Shown here: positions 20,175 to 28,335 of the stretch, in pieces
Layout: every line of letters starts with the position of its first letter
How positions within the stretch are numbered: the first letter of the stretch is position 1
DNA from: Nitrospinales bacterium
GTDB taxonomy: Bacteria; Nitrospinota; Nitrospinia; Nitrospinales; VA-1
Length of the DNA: 64,000 nt
Direction: 5' to 3'
NCBI GenBank assembly: GCA_965223345.1
Contig: CBDCWG010000012.1
Location: 1,536,001 to 1,600,000, forward strand
Notes under the pieces: model-generated
Database searches by the model: none
What the model was told of the DNA's origin: nothing
The model's input: only the letters and a program-made list of their open reading frames with translations
Position numbers and translations under genes: made by a program

Positions 20175-21070
20175 TGTTCTCTCTGTTGAGCCGAAAAATC
20201 CGAATGGCGTGGGTGGTGAGCCTGCTGCTGCCGCTGCTGTGGGTTGGCGAAGCGCGCAGCGGCGGGGCGATCGAGCTGGACCCCTTCGACCGGGTGGCGC
20301 TGGAAACCGCTCCGGGACTGGGGTTCACCGTCATCGGCGGCAGCCTGCTGGAAAAACAGCAAAAGAAAACGGAAAGCCGGGCGCAGTTGCAACTTGCAGG
20401 CACGCTCCGCAAGGCCTATCTCCTCTGGTCGGGGGAGGTGACCGGCTCCATCGAGAGCGCCAAAACGATCCGCTTCGTGACGCCCGCGGGCAAAGCGCAT
20501 TCTGTGCAAGCGCAACGGATGTGGCGGCAGCCCTCGGCGGGAACCGTTTACACGGCGCTGGCGGAGGTCACCGATCGGGTGAAACAAAGCGGGCGCTACG
20601 GCTTGCAGGGACTCGCATCCGATGTGGTGGCCCCGAAGGGCAAGGATCCGTACACAGTGGCGGGGTGGGCCCTGCTCGCGCTCACCGAAAACCCGGCCGC
20701 GCAACAGAACGCCAGCGTTCTGTTTTTTGCCGGGCTTGAGATTTTAAAGCCCGGTGAGATCTACGACCTTTCCCTGCCGCTTGCGGGTCTGCCTGCGGGA
20801 AACTGGGTCCTCAGCAAACTGGGCATTGTGGGCGGGCACGGGCGCGCGGGCAACGGATCGGGAAACCTTTTGAACGGCACGGCGATTTCCGGAGGCGACG
20901 ACTGGGACGGTTCGGCGGGAAAATTCTGGGACATTGACCTGTTTGCCATCGAGCCGCCGCAGCCGATGCGCAGCGGCGAGCCGCCGACCCTCACACTGGA
21001 CCCGCTCTTGCAGTGGCTTTATCCCCTGGCGCTGGTTCTCAAGCTCAACGACGCCGATTCCCCGAAATGA
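20174..21070 (+). CDS. Secreted beta-rich protein, DUF3344-like
   Basis: TGATG coupling; signal peptide; KAYLLWSG, Y.A.AEVT..V...G.Y, GWALL motifs. Confidence 0.5.
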   Translation: MFSLLSRKIRMAWVVSLLLPLLWVGEARSGGAIELDPFDRVALETAPGLGFTVIGGSLLEKQQKKTESRAQLQLAGTLRKAYLLWSGEVTGSIESAKTIRFVTPAGKAHSVQAQRMWRQPSAGTVYTALAEVTDRVKQSGRYGLQGLASDVVAPKGKDPYTVAGWALLALTENPAAQQNASVLFFAGLEILKPGEIYDLSLPLAGLPAGNWVLSKLGIVGGHGRAGNGSGNLLNGTAISGGDDWDGSAGKFWDIDLFAIEPPQPMRSGEPPTLTLDPLLQWLYPLALVLKLNDADSPK

Positions 21071-21120
21071 AAGAGACCGCTGCGCTCTGGAGCGGAATTC
21101 AGACCCGCAACGCGCTGGAC

Positions 21121-21177
21121 TGACGAAAATTGTCATGTTTGTGTGGGGTGGGGATGCCGATGTGAGAATTTTTGCCA
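21121..21177. promoter_or_regulatory. Pair of imperfect dyads, candidate activator sites
   Basis: TGACGAAAATTGTCA (21121-21135) and TGAGAATTTTTGCCA (21163-21177), 42 bp apart, upstream of an IHF-like site (21235-21247). Confidence 0.45.
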
Positions 21178-21287
21178 AAAACGCGGCCAAACGCACCCCG
21201 GACAGGCGCGTTGAGGGTATAAATATGTCATAATTTTCAAGGGTTTAGTCGGTTTTTGGGCGAAAGTCCCGGTTTTTCTCCTGCCTC

Positions 21288-21303
21288 TGGCCCGGACCTT
21301 GCA
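21288..21303 (+). promoter_or_regulatory. Sigma54 promoter of the exosortase operon
   Basis: TGGCCCGGACCTTGCA, exact GG-N10-GC with TTGCA, 40 bp before ATG 21343. Confidence 0.75.
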
Positions 21304-21342
21304 GTGTAAATGTGTATGTGTCCCGCAAGGAGGCGAAATACC

Positions 21343-21738
21343 ATGAGCCAAATACTCAAAGTCGGCTTCATCGCCCTTATGACCCTGGTTTTCTGGGGAG
21401 GCGGGTTGCTGGCGTTTTCCGGTTCGCCGCTGGCCGATTCCCCGGCGTTCGCCCAGAGCAATGGGCGGGACGGAGATCAACGGTCCTCGTTTCGCAACAA
21501 TAATGGACGCGGCGGCAACGGCAGGTGGGACCGGGATGACCGGCGTGGCCGTGGAGACAGAAGGGAACGCCGGCGGCGCTGGTGCCGCAGGAATCCCGAC
21601 CGGTGCCGTCCGCCTACGGTTTCCGAACTTCCCGTGCATTACATGGTGGCCAGCGGCCTGGGTGTCGCATTGATGATTTCCGGCGGTCACGCTTACCGGC
21701 TGCGCCGGCGCAACGGCAAGGGCACCCCGACGGCATGA
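21343..21738 (+). CDS. Putative exosortase target protein 1 (131 aa)
   Basis: AAGGAGG RBS; signal peptide (AFA/Q); G/N/R/D low-complexity region; WCRRNPDRCRPPTVSELP + TM + RLRRR. Confidence 0.85.
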   Translation: MSQILKVGFIALMTLVFWGGGLLAFSGSPLADSPAFAQSNGRDGDQRSSFRNNNGRGGNGRWDRDDRRGRGDRRERRRRWCRRNPDRCRPPTVSELPVHYMVASGLGVALMISGGHAYRLRRRNGKGTPTA

Positions 21739-22207
21739 AGACCGGGCTCGCCGCGGTTGGCGGGCCGGGCAAGGAGGCGACATCCCATGAAAACCAAATT
21801 CAAATATTCCCTGATCGCGGTGCTGATGTTCGGGTTCTTCGCATCCGGTCTCATCGTTCCCGCGGATTTCAGCGGTTCGCTGGCCTACGCGCAGAGATCG
21901 AAGGAGGACCGGGAAAAACGCCGGGAACTGCGGCGGGAAGAACGGCGCAAACGCCAGGAAGCGAAAAAAGCCAAGAAGGAAGCGCGGAAAAAACGCCGCG
22001 AAGCGCGCAAGGAACGCAAAAAGCGCAAACGCTGGTGCCGGCGCAATCCGGATAAGTGCAAACCGCCGACGGTTTCCGAATTGCCGGTGCACTACATGGT
22101 GGCGAGCGGCATGGCCGTGCTGGCGGTATCGGGTGGTTTCGTCTACCAGCTGCGCCGGCGCGACGGCAAAGACACGCAGGCAATATGAAGACCTGGCTCG
22201 CTGCGGT
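21577..22207 (+). repeat. Diverged direct repeat (~180 bp; 21577-21757 and 22030-22207)
   Basis: Both copies encode the C-terminal sorting region and continue into ATGAAGACC(G/T)GGCTCGC(C/T)GCGGT. Confidence 0.85.
21787..22188 (+). CDS. Putative exosortase target protein 2 (133 aa)
   Basis: AAGGAGG RBS; signal peptide (AYA/Q); K/R/E-rich helix; WCRRNPDKCKPPTVSELP + TM + LRRR. Confidence 0.85.
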   Translation: MKTKFKYSLIAVLMFGFFASGLIVPADFSGSLAYAQRSKEDREKRRELRREERRKRQEAKKAKKEARKKRREARKERKKRKRWCRRNPDKCKPPTVSELPVHYMVASGMAVLAVSGGFVYQLRRRDGKDTQAI

Positions 22208-23018
22208 CCTGATTCTGGCGGCGGCGGGGTTTGTCTATTTTCAATCCATCCGCTGGCTGGTGGAAGCCTGGCAGGTGCATCCTTACTACCAGCAGGGATT
22301 TCTCGTGCTGCTGTGCGCCATCGGTTTCGCGGTGTACGAGATCGTGTGGTCGAATCAGCAACGCGAGCCGGTGCACGAAAAAACCTGGATGGTGTTGCTC
22401 GCGGTCAGTGCGCTGCTGTACGGCATCGGCTGGCAGAGCGGCCTCAATTTCCTCAAGGCGGTGCCGATTTTCCTGACGCTGCTGGCGGTGGTTTATCTGC
22501 TGGCAGACAGGCTGCCCGCACGGCGGCTGCGGTTTCCGATCCTGTTTCCCATCATTGCGATTCCGATCCCTTTCATTCCCGAGATCACCGCCTTTCTGCA
22601 GTTCGCCATGGCGGGGCTGTCCACGGGGTTTCTGCAGTCTTTCGGGATGGACATCGAGGCGGAAGGCGCGATGATCTATCTTCCGGAAGCCACGTTTCTC
22701 ATCGCGGAGCCTTCCAGCGGCATTCAATCTCTCATTGCTTTGCTGACGTTGATGATTCCGACGGTTCACTTCACCAACACCACCCGCAGGAAAAAGATCT
22801 TTTTGTACGCCTGCATCGTTCCGGTTGCGGTGTTCGTCAATTTTCTGCGCATCGTCACCCTGTTCATCGTGGGCGACAAATACGGCGAGACCTTCGCCGA
22901 CCAGTTCTGGCACGACACCGGCAACGTGGTGTATTTTTCATTCGCGCTCGTGATCTTTTTCATCCTCTGGTATTCCACGGTCTATGGATTCAAATTGGCG
23001 AAACCGAAACCGGCCTGA
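22185..23018 (+). CDS. Exosortase/archaeosortase family protein (EpsH-like) with Ser at the catalytic Cys position
   Basis: ~8 TM; W...PYY..G.LV, FP.....AIP.P, F.IAEPSSGIQSL (canonical F.VAEACSG..SL), N..RI, H..G; ATGA overlap with target gene 2. Confidence 0.9.
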   Translation: MKTWLAAVLILAAAGFVYFQSIRWLVEAWQVHPYYQQGFLVLLCAIGFAVYEIVWSNQQREPVHEKTWMVLLAVSALLYGIGWQSGLNFLKAVPIFLTLLAVVYLLADRLPARRLRFPILFPIIAIPIPFIPEITAFLQFAMAGLSTGFLQSFGMDIEAEGAMIYLPEATFLIAEPSSGIQSLIALLTLMIPTVHFTNTTRRKKIFLYACIVPVAVFVNFLRIVTLFIVGDKYGETFADQFWHDTGNVVYFSFALVIFFILWYSTVYGFKLAKPKPA

Positions 23019-25011
23019 GCTTCGGCCGCGGCTCTTAGGTTCGATCCTGCTCGGCTGCATCTTCCTGCTTGCGGTTTGGGGCTGCGGCGTTTCTGAACAA
23101 AAAAATGCCGCCACCGCGCCCGCCGCAGCCGAAGTTTCCCGCATCTACAAATTCACCTCCGACACCTCGCATTATTACTCCACTTCACACGAAGGAAAAT
23201 TCGTCGCCAGCTCGGATTTGCTGAACGCCGGCAACCTGGAGAACATCCCTTTGCGGTTTTCCGGGTGGGAAGGGGAGAAGCTGGTTTCGGACGACCCCAA
23301 CATCCTCTACCTGCGCTATTACGAAAGCGCAGCGCAGGATGCGGGGCTTTTTTTCGTGGCGGTGCACGGCACCAACGAGAGCCAGTTCCACACGCCGGAG
23401 GTCTGTTACATCGGCGAGGGCTGGAAAGTCGAGGAACGCGATTTCGCCACGCTCGAGCTGCGGGACGAACGCTTCGAAGTGCGCTACGCGCTGGCCAGCC
23501 GCGACGACATGGAACACCTGATCCTTTACTGGTACCTGTGGCCGGACTCGACGCGCAACATCACCGACGGCATGACCATGCTGCGCGTGTCGGTGATGAT
23601 CGAAGACACGATCGAAGCCGCCGAAAAGGCGGCGATCGATTTCATCACCGGCCTGTCCCGGCTGGAACTCGAGCAGGCGTCCCAGCCGGTGGTGGCGGTG
23701 CCGACGCCGGTGCTGCCGGAAGTGGCCCAGGCTGAACACACCGGTGTCAGCGAATGGACGCCGCACAAGGAAAAGGCGCTGGCCTGGCTGAAATCCCAGA
23801 CCGTGCCCAATGATATCGTCCGGGAACCGGTGCAGGAACGACGCCACCTGCTGATCAGTTACCGCGTCCCCGAGGATTCCGAAGACTACCCCTACGTGTT
23901 CAGCAAGGCATCCCTGTACGACAACGCGCTGGCGGTGCTGGCTTTTTCGATGACGGGGGAATACGGACTGGCGGAGCGGGTGATCGAGGCGGCTTCGCGG
24001 CTGCTCACTCCGGAGGGGGATTTGTGGTTCAGTTTCAACACGCACAATTCCTGGCCCAACGCGCGCGATCATTCGGGCGCCATCATCCGCAGCGGCGCTT
24101 CCGCGTGGCTGGGGTACGCGATCGTGCATTACCTGAAAACGCGGCTGGTGGACAATCCCGATTTTCTCAAACAGGATCAGGATGCGCTGACCCATCTGAA
24201 TACCGCAAAAAAAATCGCCGACCAGCTTCTGACCCGGCAGGTCCTCGCTGAATCCGATCGCCGTTTCGGCATGATCACCGGCGGGGAGGGCAGTTATTCC
24301 TACCGCTGGAACGAAACCGCGAAGCGCGTCGAGGAGTTCTTCACGCCGGGTTCGATCGACTGGGTCAGCATCGAGCACAACATCGACATCTTCTTTTTCC
24401 TGCGCGATCTGGCGCGGCTTTCAGGAAATAAAATCTACGCCACTGCCGCCGAGCGGCTGCAACGCGCGTTGATCGAAAACGCCTGGAATCCTGCAATTGG
24501 CCAGCTCAACCGCGGGCAGCGGCTGGACGGACCCGACCCGGTGCAGGCGCTCGATTGCGCTTCCTGGGGGGCGATGTTCCTGGCTGCGGTGGGGGAGCGC
24601 GCGAAAGCGGAGACCGCTCTCAAATCCAGCCTGAAGTTCGTGTCCGGCACGGGAAGCCGCCGCGGCCACAAACCCTACCGGGATCTGTTGCTTTACGAGG
24701 ACGCGGCCATCAACCAACTGTTTTATCCCGAACAGCCGTCGAAAAACTGGGACGACGTGTCGCTGGTCTGGCCCGAAGGATCGCTGGGCGTCGCGATGGC
24801 TCACATCAAGCTCGATCAGAAACCGGAAGCCAAAGCCTTGCTCGAGTCGATGCTGGCTCTGCAGGATGAAACGGGGGCGTTGCCGTATGCCACCGAAAGC
24901 CTGCGGTTTCAATTCTCCACCAATCCCTCGGTTGCGGGCACGGCGTGGCTGGTCATGGCGATCGCGGCTTACGAGCAGGACCGGGTGCGGGATCTGTTCT
25001 GGGAACGCTGA
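22984..25011 (+). CDS. EpsI-like exosortase-associated domain fused to putative (alpha/alpha)6 glycosidase-like domain; probable lipoprotein
   Basis: LAVWGC lipobox-like; IP..F.GW.G, HTPEVCY...GW, ILYWY (EpsI); YDNALA, EHNID, DCASW, WPEG in C-terminal domain. Confidence 0.7.
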   Translation: MDSNWRNRNRPELRPRLLGSILLGCIFLLAVWGCGVSEQKNAATAPAAAEVSRIYKFTSDTSHYYSTSHEGKFVASSDLLNAGNLENIPLRFSGWEGEKLVSDDPNILYLRYYESAAQDAGLFFVAVHGTNESQFHTPEVCYIGEGWKVEERDFATLELRDERFEVRYALASRDDMEHLILYWYLWPDSTRNITDGMTMLRVSVMIEDTIEAAEKAAIDFITGLSRLELEQASQPVVAVPTPVLPEVAQAEHTGVSEWTPHKEKALAWLKSQTVPNDIVREPVQERRHLLISYRVPEDSEDYPYVFSKASLYDNALAVLAFSMTGEYGLAERVIEAASRLLTPEGDLWFSFNTHNSWPNARDHSGAIIRSGASAWLGYAIVHYLKTRLVDNPDFLKQDQDALTHLNTAKKIADQLLTRQVLAESDRRFGMITGGEGSYSYRWNETAKRVEEFFTPGSIDWVSIEHNIDIFFFLRDLARLSGNKIYATAAERLQRALIENAWNPAIGQLNRGQRLDGPDPVQALDCASWGAMFLAAVGERAKAETALKSSLKFVSGTGSRRGHKPYRDLLLYEDAAINQLFYPEQPSKNWDDVSLVWPEGSLGVAMAHIKLDQKPEAKALLESMLALQDETGALPYATESLRFQFSTNPSVAGTAWLVMAIAAYEQDRVRDLFWER

Positions 25012-25014
25012 GCG

Positions 25015-26439
25015 TCACTTGCCTTTGAAGTCTTTCCGGTCCATGCGGCCCCACCCGCCTTTTTTTCCGCTCGCATACTGAAAGATGCCCACCAGCCGCC
25101 ACCAGGTTGTCAACGGCCGGTAGAAAAACACTTCGATGAGGGACAAACTGATCAGGCTGATGATCTCCAGCAGGCCCGAGTAGCGCCGGAACGTCAATTC
25201 CTCGAAGATGATCGCGCCGGTGGAAAGCAGGATGTTCAAGGCTATGGTGGCGAGGAAGAACAGCAGCGCCAGGGGCGGGTCCACCAGACCGAAAAACAGG
25301 CTGGCGAGAAAAATAAAAAATCCCGTGAACTCGATGAAAGGCCCGAACCCTTCCACAAACAGAAAAAACGGAAACCCCAGAAGACCCACGGCGCCGTACT
25401 TGGGATTGAACAGCATGACTTTGTTGCTCAGCAGGCTTTCCAGCAATCCGCGTTGCCAGCGGGTCCTCTGCTTGCTGAGGTCGGCGAGGTTTTCGGGGGT
25501 TTGCGTCCAGCACACCGGGTCGGGAATGAACACGATGTTGTAGGGCTGTTTTTTTTCCGACAGGTGCTGATGCATGCGCACCACCAGCTCCATGTCTTCG
25601 CCGATGCTGTTGGCGCGGTAGCCTCCGACCTCGATCACCGTATTCTTTTTGAAGATCCCGAAGGCGCCGGAGATGATGATCAGACTCTTGAAGGCGGAAA
25701 ACGCCATGCGGCCGGCCAGGAAGGCGCGCAGGTATTCCATGATCTGAAATTTCGCCAGCGTGTTTCTCGGCAGGCCGACCTCGATGACGCGGCCGTTTTT
25801 GATCTGGCAGCCGTTGGCGATGCGCACCGAACCGCCGGCGGCGACGGTGGTTCGGTCTTCGATGAAGGGCCGCACGATTTTCAAAAGCACGTCGGGTTCC
25901 AGGATGGAATCGGCGTCGATGGAGCAGATCAGCGGGTAGCGCGAGGCGTTGATCCCCGCATTCAGGGAATCCGCCTTGCCGCCGTTGTCCTTGTCCAATA
26001 CGATCAGGTTGGGATGCAGGTCGGATTCGTAGATCCCGCGGATGTTCTGGCAGGGCAGCTGCTTGCGGAAGACGTTCCGCGTCCTCTGCAACTGGAACGC
26101 CCGCTTCAATTCTTCGAGCGTGTTGTCGGTCGAGCCGTCGTTGATCAAAATGATCTCGAACGCGCTGTAATGCAATTGCAGAATCGAGCGGATGCTTTCC
26201 ACGATGGTTTTATCTTCGTTGTAAGCGGGGACCAGCAGGGAAATGGGTTTGGCGAAGGGAGAATGGATGACATTGGTCAATTCCAGAGACTGGATGTGAC
26301 GCAGGTATTTCTTCACCGCATAGTAGGAAACGAACAGCATCAGGATATAACTGGTGTTGATGAAAATAAAATAGAAGGTGATCAGGTGATTGTGGAAATT
26401 GATCACCGGAAGAAAAATTTTTAATAGAGAAGCTTCCAT
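25015..26439 (-). CDS. Processive GT2 glycosyltransferase (PgaC/NodC-like polysaccharide synthase)
   Basis: PAYNE, DGSTD, GGKADSLNAG, IDADS, GEDME, QRTRW; flanking TMs. Confidence 0.92.
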   Translation of the reverse strand: MEASLLKIFLPVINFHNHLITFYFIFINTSYILMLFVSYYAVKKYLRHIQSLELTNVIHSPFAKPISLLVPAYNEDKTIVESIRSILQLHYSAFEIILINDGSTDNTLEELKRAFQLQRTRNVFRKQLPCQNIRGIYESDLHPNLIVLDKDNGGKADSLNAGINASRYPLICSIDADSILEPDVLLKIVRPFIEDRTTVAAGGSVRIANGCQIKNGRVIEVGLPRNTLAKFQIMEYLRAFLAGRMAFSAFKSLIIISGAFGIFKKNTVIEVGGYRANSIGEDMELVVRMHQHLSEKKQPYNIVFIPDPVCWTQTPENLADLSKQRTRWQRGLLESLLSNKVMLFNPKYGAVGLLGFPFFLFVEGFGPFIEFTGFFIFLASLFFGLVDPPLALLFFLATIALNILLSTGAIIFEELTFRRYSGLLEIISLISLSLIEVFFYRPLTTWWRLVGIFQYASGKKGGWGRMDRKDFKGK

Positions 26440-26443
26440 CGCG

Positions 26444-27625
26444 TTATTCCGGCTTCGAGATGAACTGGTCGATGATGTCTTTTGCGTACGGATCTGCGGT
26501 GCGCTCGTGCATGTTGTGCAAATGCTTCCTGCCGCTGTCTCCCATTTCGAACAGCGAAGACGCGGCGTAATAACGGCACCACCAGTCTCTGTCTTCGATG
26601 AGCGCCGCGATCGAATTCATGATATTGGGGTCCTTGAGGGTGCCGAGCGCCTTCACCGCCTGTGCGCGGATGACGGGATTGTCATCTTTAAGGTTTTCCT
26701 TCAGCACGGGGATGGCTTCTTCCACACCCAGATTGCCCAGCGCTTTGATGATGTGGATTTTTTCTTCCTTGTCCTCGGAATGTTTCAACAGGCTGATCAG
26801 CAGGCTCGTGCCTTCCAGGATGTTGAAGTAGCCGATGAAGTCGATGATTTTGAGCCGCGCCCGCGACGGATAGCTCAACAGGTTCAGATCCTCGAGCGTT
26901 TCCCGGTTGATGGGTTCGCCAAAACCCAGGATCACCTCGGAAAACATTTCTTCGGAAAGCGCTTCCATCTTCAAAAGAAAGACGATGACGTTTTTCAGGA
27001 TCTTTTTGTCGCCCAGATTGATCAGGGCCGCGGCGGCGTTGAGCATGACGGTGGACTCTTTATCGTGGATCGCCTGCATCAGATCTTCGGTGGCCTCGGT
27101 CGCCTTGGCGATGCCGAGCCGGTGAGCCGCAAGCGAGCGCCTCCATTCGTGGTGGGAATGCAGAAGAAAATGCCGTTCCCGGTCGAGCAGCCCCATTTCC
27201 CGCAGGATGTTCACGAACCGGCGGAAGTAGTGGCCTTTGGTGTCCCTCAGGTAGGGCGTGATGAATTCCCAGAAACTCTCGTGGTCGTTCGGCGCCACCA
27301 TGTCTTTGAATTCTGAAAACGGGACTTCTTTTTCCATGAGCGGCAGGATGCGGGTCTCCCATTGCTTGAAATGCTCGAGTTTCCGCTTGCGCTCGATGCC
27401 GAATTTGATGTGCGCGAGAATGATGTAGATCAACAGAAAAAGCGTGATCGCGATCAGCAGGAAAACCGACAGGATGGAAAGCGTCAATATGGGTTTTTCC
27501 TGAAACAGAGCCGGAAAGGGATGCAGCAACGTTTCTTCGATGAAGCCGAAAAAAGAGGTCTGGATTCCGGTGAATTCAGGTGCTGCCCAATCCCGGAGAG
27601 CTGTCATGGGTTTCGTTTGAGACAT
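26444..27625 (-). CDS. Membrane-anchored HEAT-repeat protein
   Basis: One TM then repeats such as L.D....IR.QAVKALG; 4 bp from the GT2 start. Confidence 0.85.
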   Translation of the reverse strand: MSQTKPMTALRDWAAPEFTGIQTSFFGFIEETLLHPFPALFQEKPILTLSILSVFLLIAITLFLLIYIILAHIKFGIERKRKLEHFKQWETRILPLMEKEVPFSEFKDMVAPNDHESFWEFITPYLRDTKGHYFRRFVNILREMGLLDRERHFLLHSHHEWRRSLAAHRLGIAKATEATEDLMQAIHDKESTVMLNAAAALINLGDKKILKNVIVFLLKMEALSEEMFSEVILGFGEPINRETLEDLNLLSYPSRARLKIIDFIGYFNILEGTSLLISLLKHSEDKEEKIHIIKALGNLGVEEAIPVLKENLKDDNPVIRAQAVKALGTLKDPNIMNSIAALIEDRDWWCRYYAASSLFEMGDSGRKHLHNMHERTADPYAKDIIDQFISKPE

Positions 27626-27640
27626 GGGTTGTGCGAGGGA

Positions 27641-28120
27641 TCACAACAGATCGCTGAAATCTTCATCTCCCATTGCGGAGCGTTTGCCTTTTGTGGGATA
27701 GATGAAACCTTGTGCGGCAGGGGGCGGGGTTTTCGCGTTTTCCTTTTGCGCCTGTCTGCGCCTCAGCACCTTGTTGACGCGCAGGATGAGTTCCTCGGGA
27801 CTGAACGGTTTTTTGATGTAGTCGGTGGCGCCCAGTTCCAGGCCTTTCAACACGTCTTTTTCCTGCGATTTGGAGGTCAGCATGATGACGGGGATGTGTT
27901 TCAATTCCGCGTCGCTTTTGATCTCCTGCAAAATCTGCAGCCCGTCCATATACGGGACCATCACATCGGAAAGCACCAGGTCGGGTTTCTCTTCGCGAAC
28001 GAGGACCTGCGCTTCCATGCCGTCCTCGGCCCGGATGAGGTCGTGGCCTTCCTTGCTCAACTTGTAGTCGATCACACTCCAGATGTGATTCTCGTCTTCG
28101 ATGACCAGTATTTTCGCCAT
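27641..28120 (-). CDS. Response regulator receiver protein
   Basis: ILVIEDE, LSDVMVP.MDG, LT, KPF. Confidence 0.92.
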   Translation of the reverse strand: MAKILVIEDENHIWSVIDYKLSKEGHDLIRAEDGMEAQVLVREEKPDLVLSDVMVPYMDGLQILQEIKSDAELKHIPVIMLTSKSQEKDVLKGLELGATDYIKKPFSPEELILRVNKVLRRRQAQKENAKTPPPAAQGFIYPTKGKRSAMGDEDFSDLL

Positions 28121-28335
28121 GCTCTTTATCGGATTCCCGGAGTTTCGTTTGGGCTTTTCGGGCCCGTTTTCACCGGCAGCGGATCCCGGTGAAAATCGAC
28201 CATACTATTGATTTTAAAGCAAAAACGTGATTTTTGATATAGATTATTCCTGTTTGCTGGCGATATTCCCACTAGATGGAATATGTGTGTAAATTAAATG
28301 GTGGGGAGGAGGCCCAGATCGGCATGCAGAACGCC

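Noticed and set aside
21735..22055. ORF from the orphan ATG as a second exosortase
   Set aside because: Similarity stops after ~8 codons and the frame overlaps target gene 2; treated as a duplication scar.
22056..22184. N-terminal extension of the exosortase in the ORF track
   Set aside because: It overlaps target gene 2; the ATGA-coupled start at 22185 gives a family-typical N-terminus.
21343..22188. Targets as RiPP precursors or Tat substrates
   Set aside because: Conservation is C-terminal and ends in TM + basic cluster, the neighbour is an exosortase rather than a maturase, and the N-termini lack a twin-Arg motif.
21577..22207. Direct repeats as a CRISPR array or mobile-element ends
   Set aside because: Only two long diverged copies, both in-frame coding; no spacers, cas genes or transposase.
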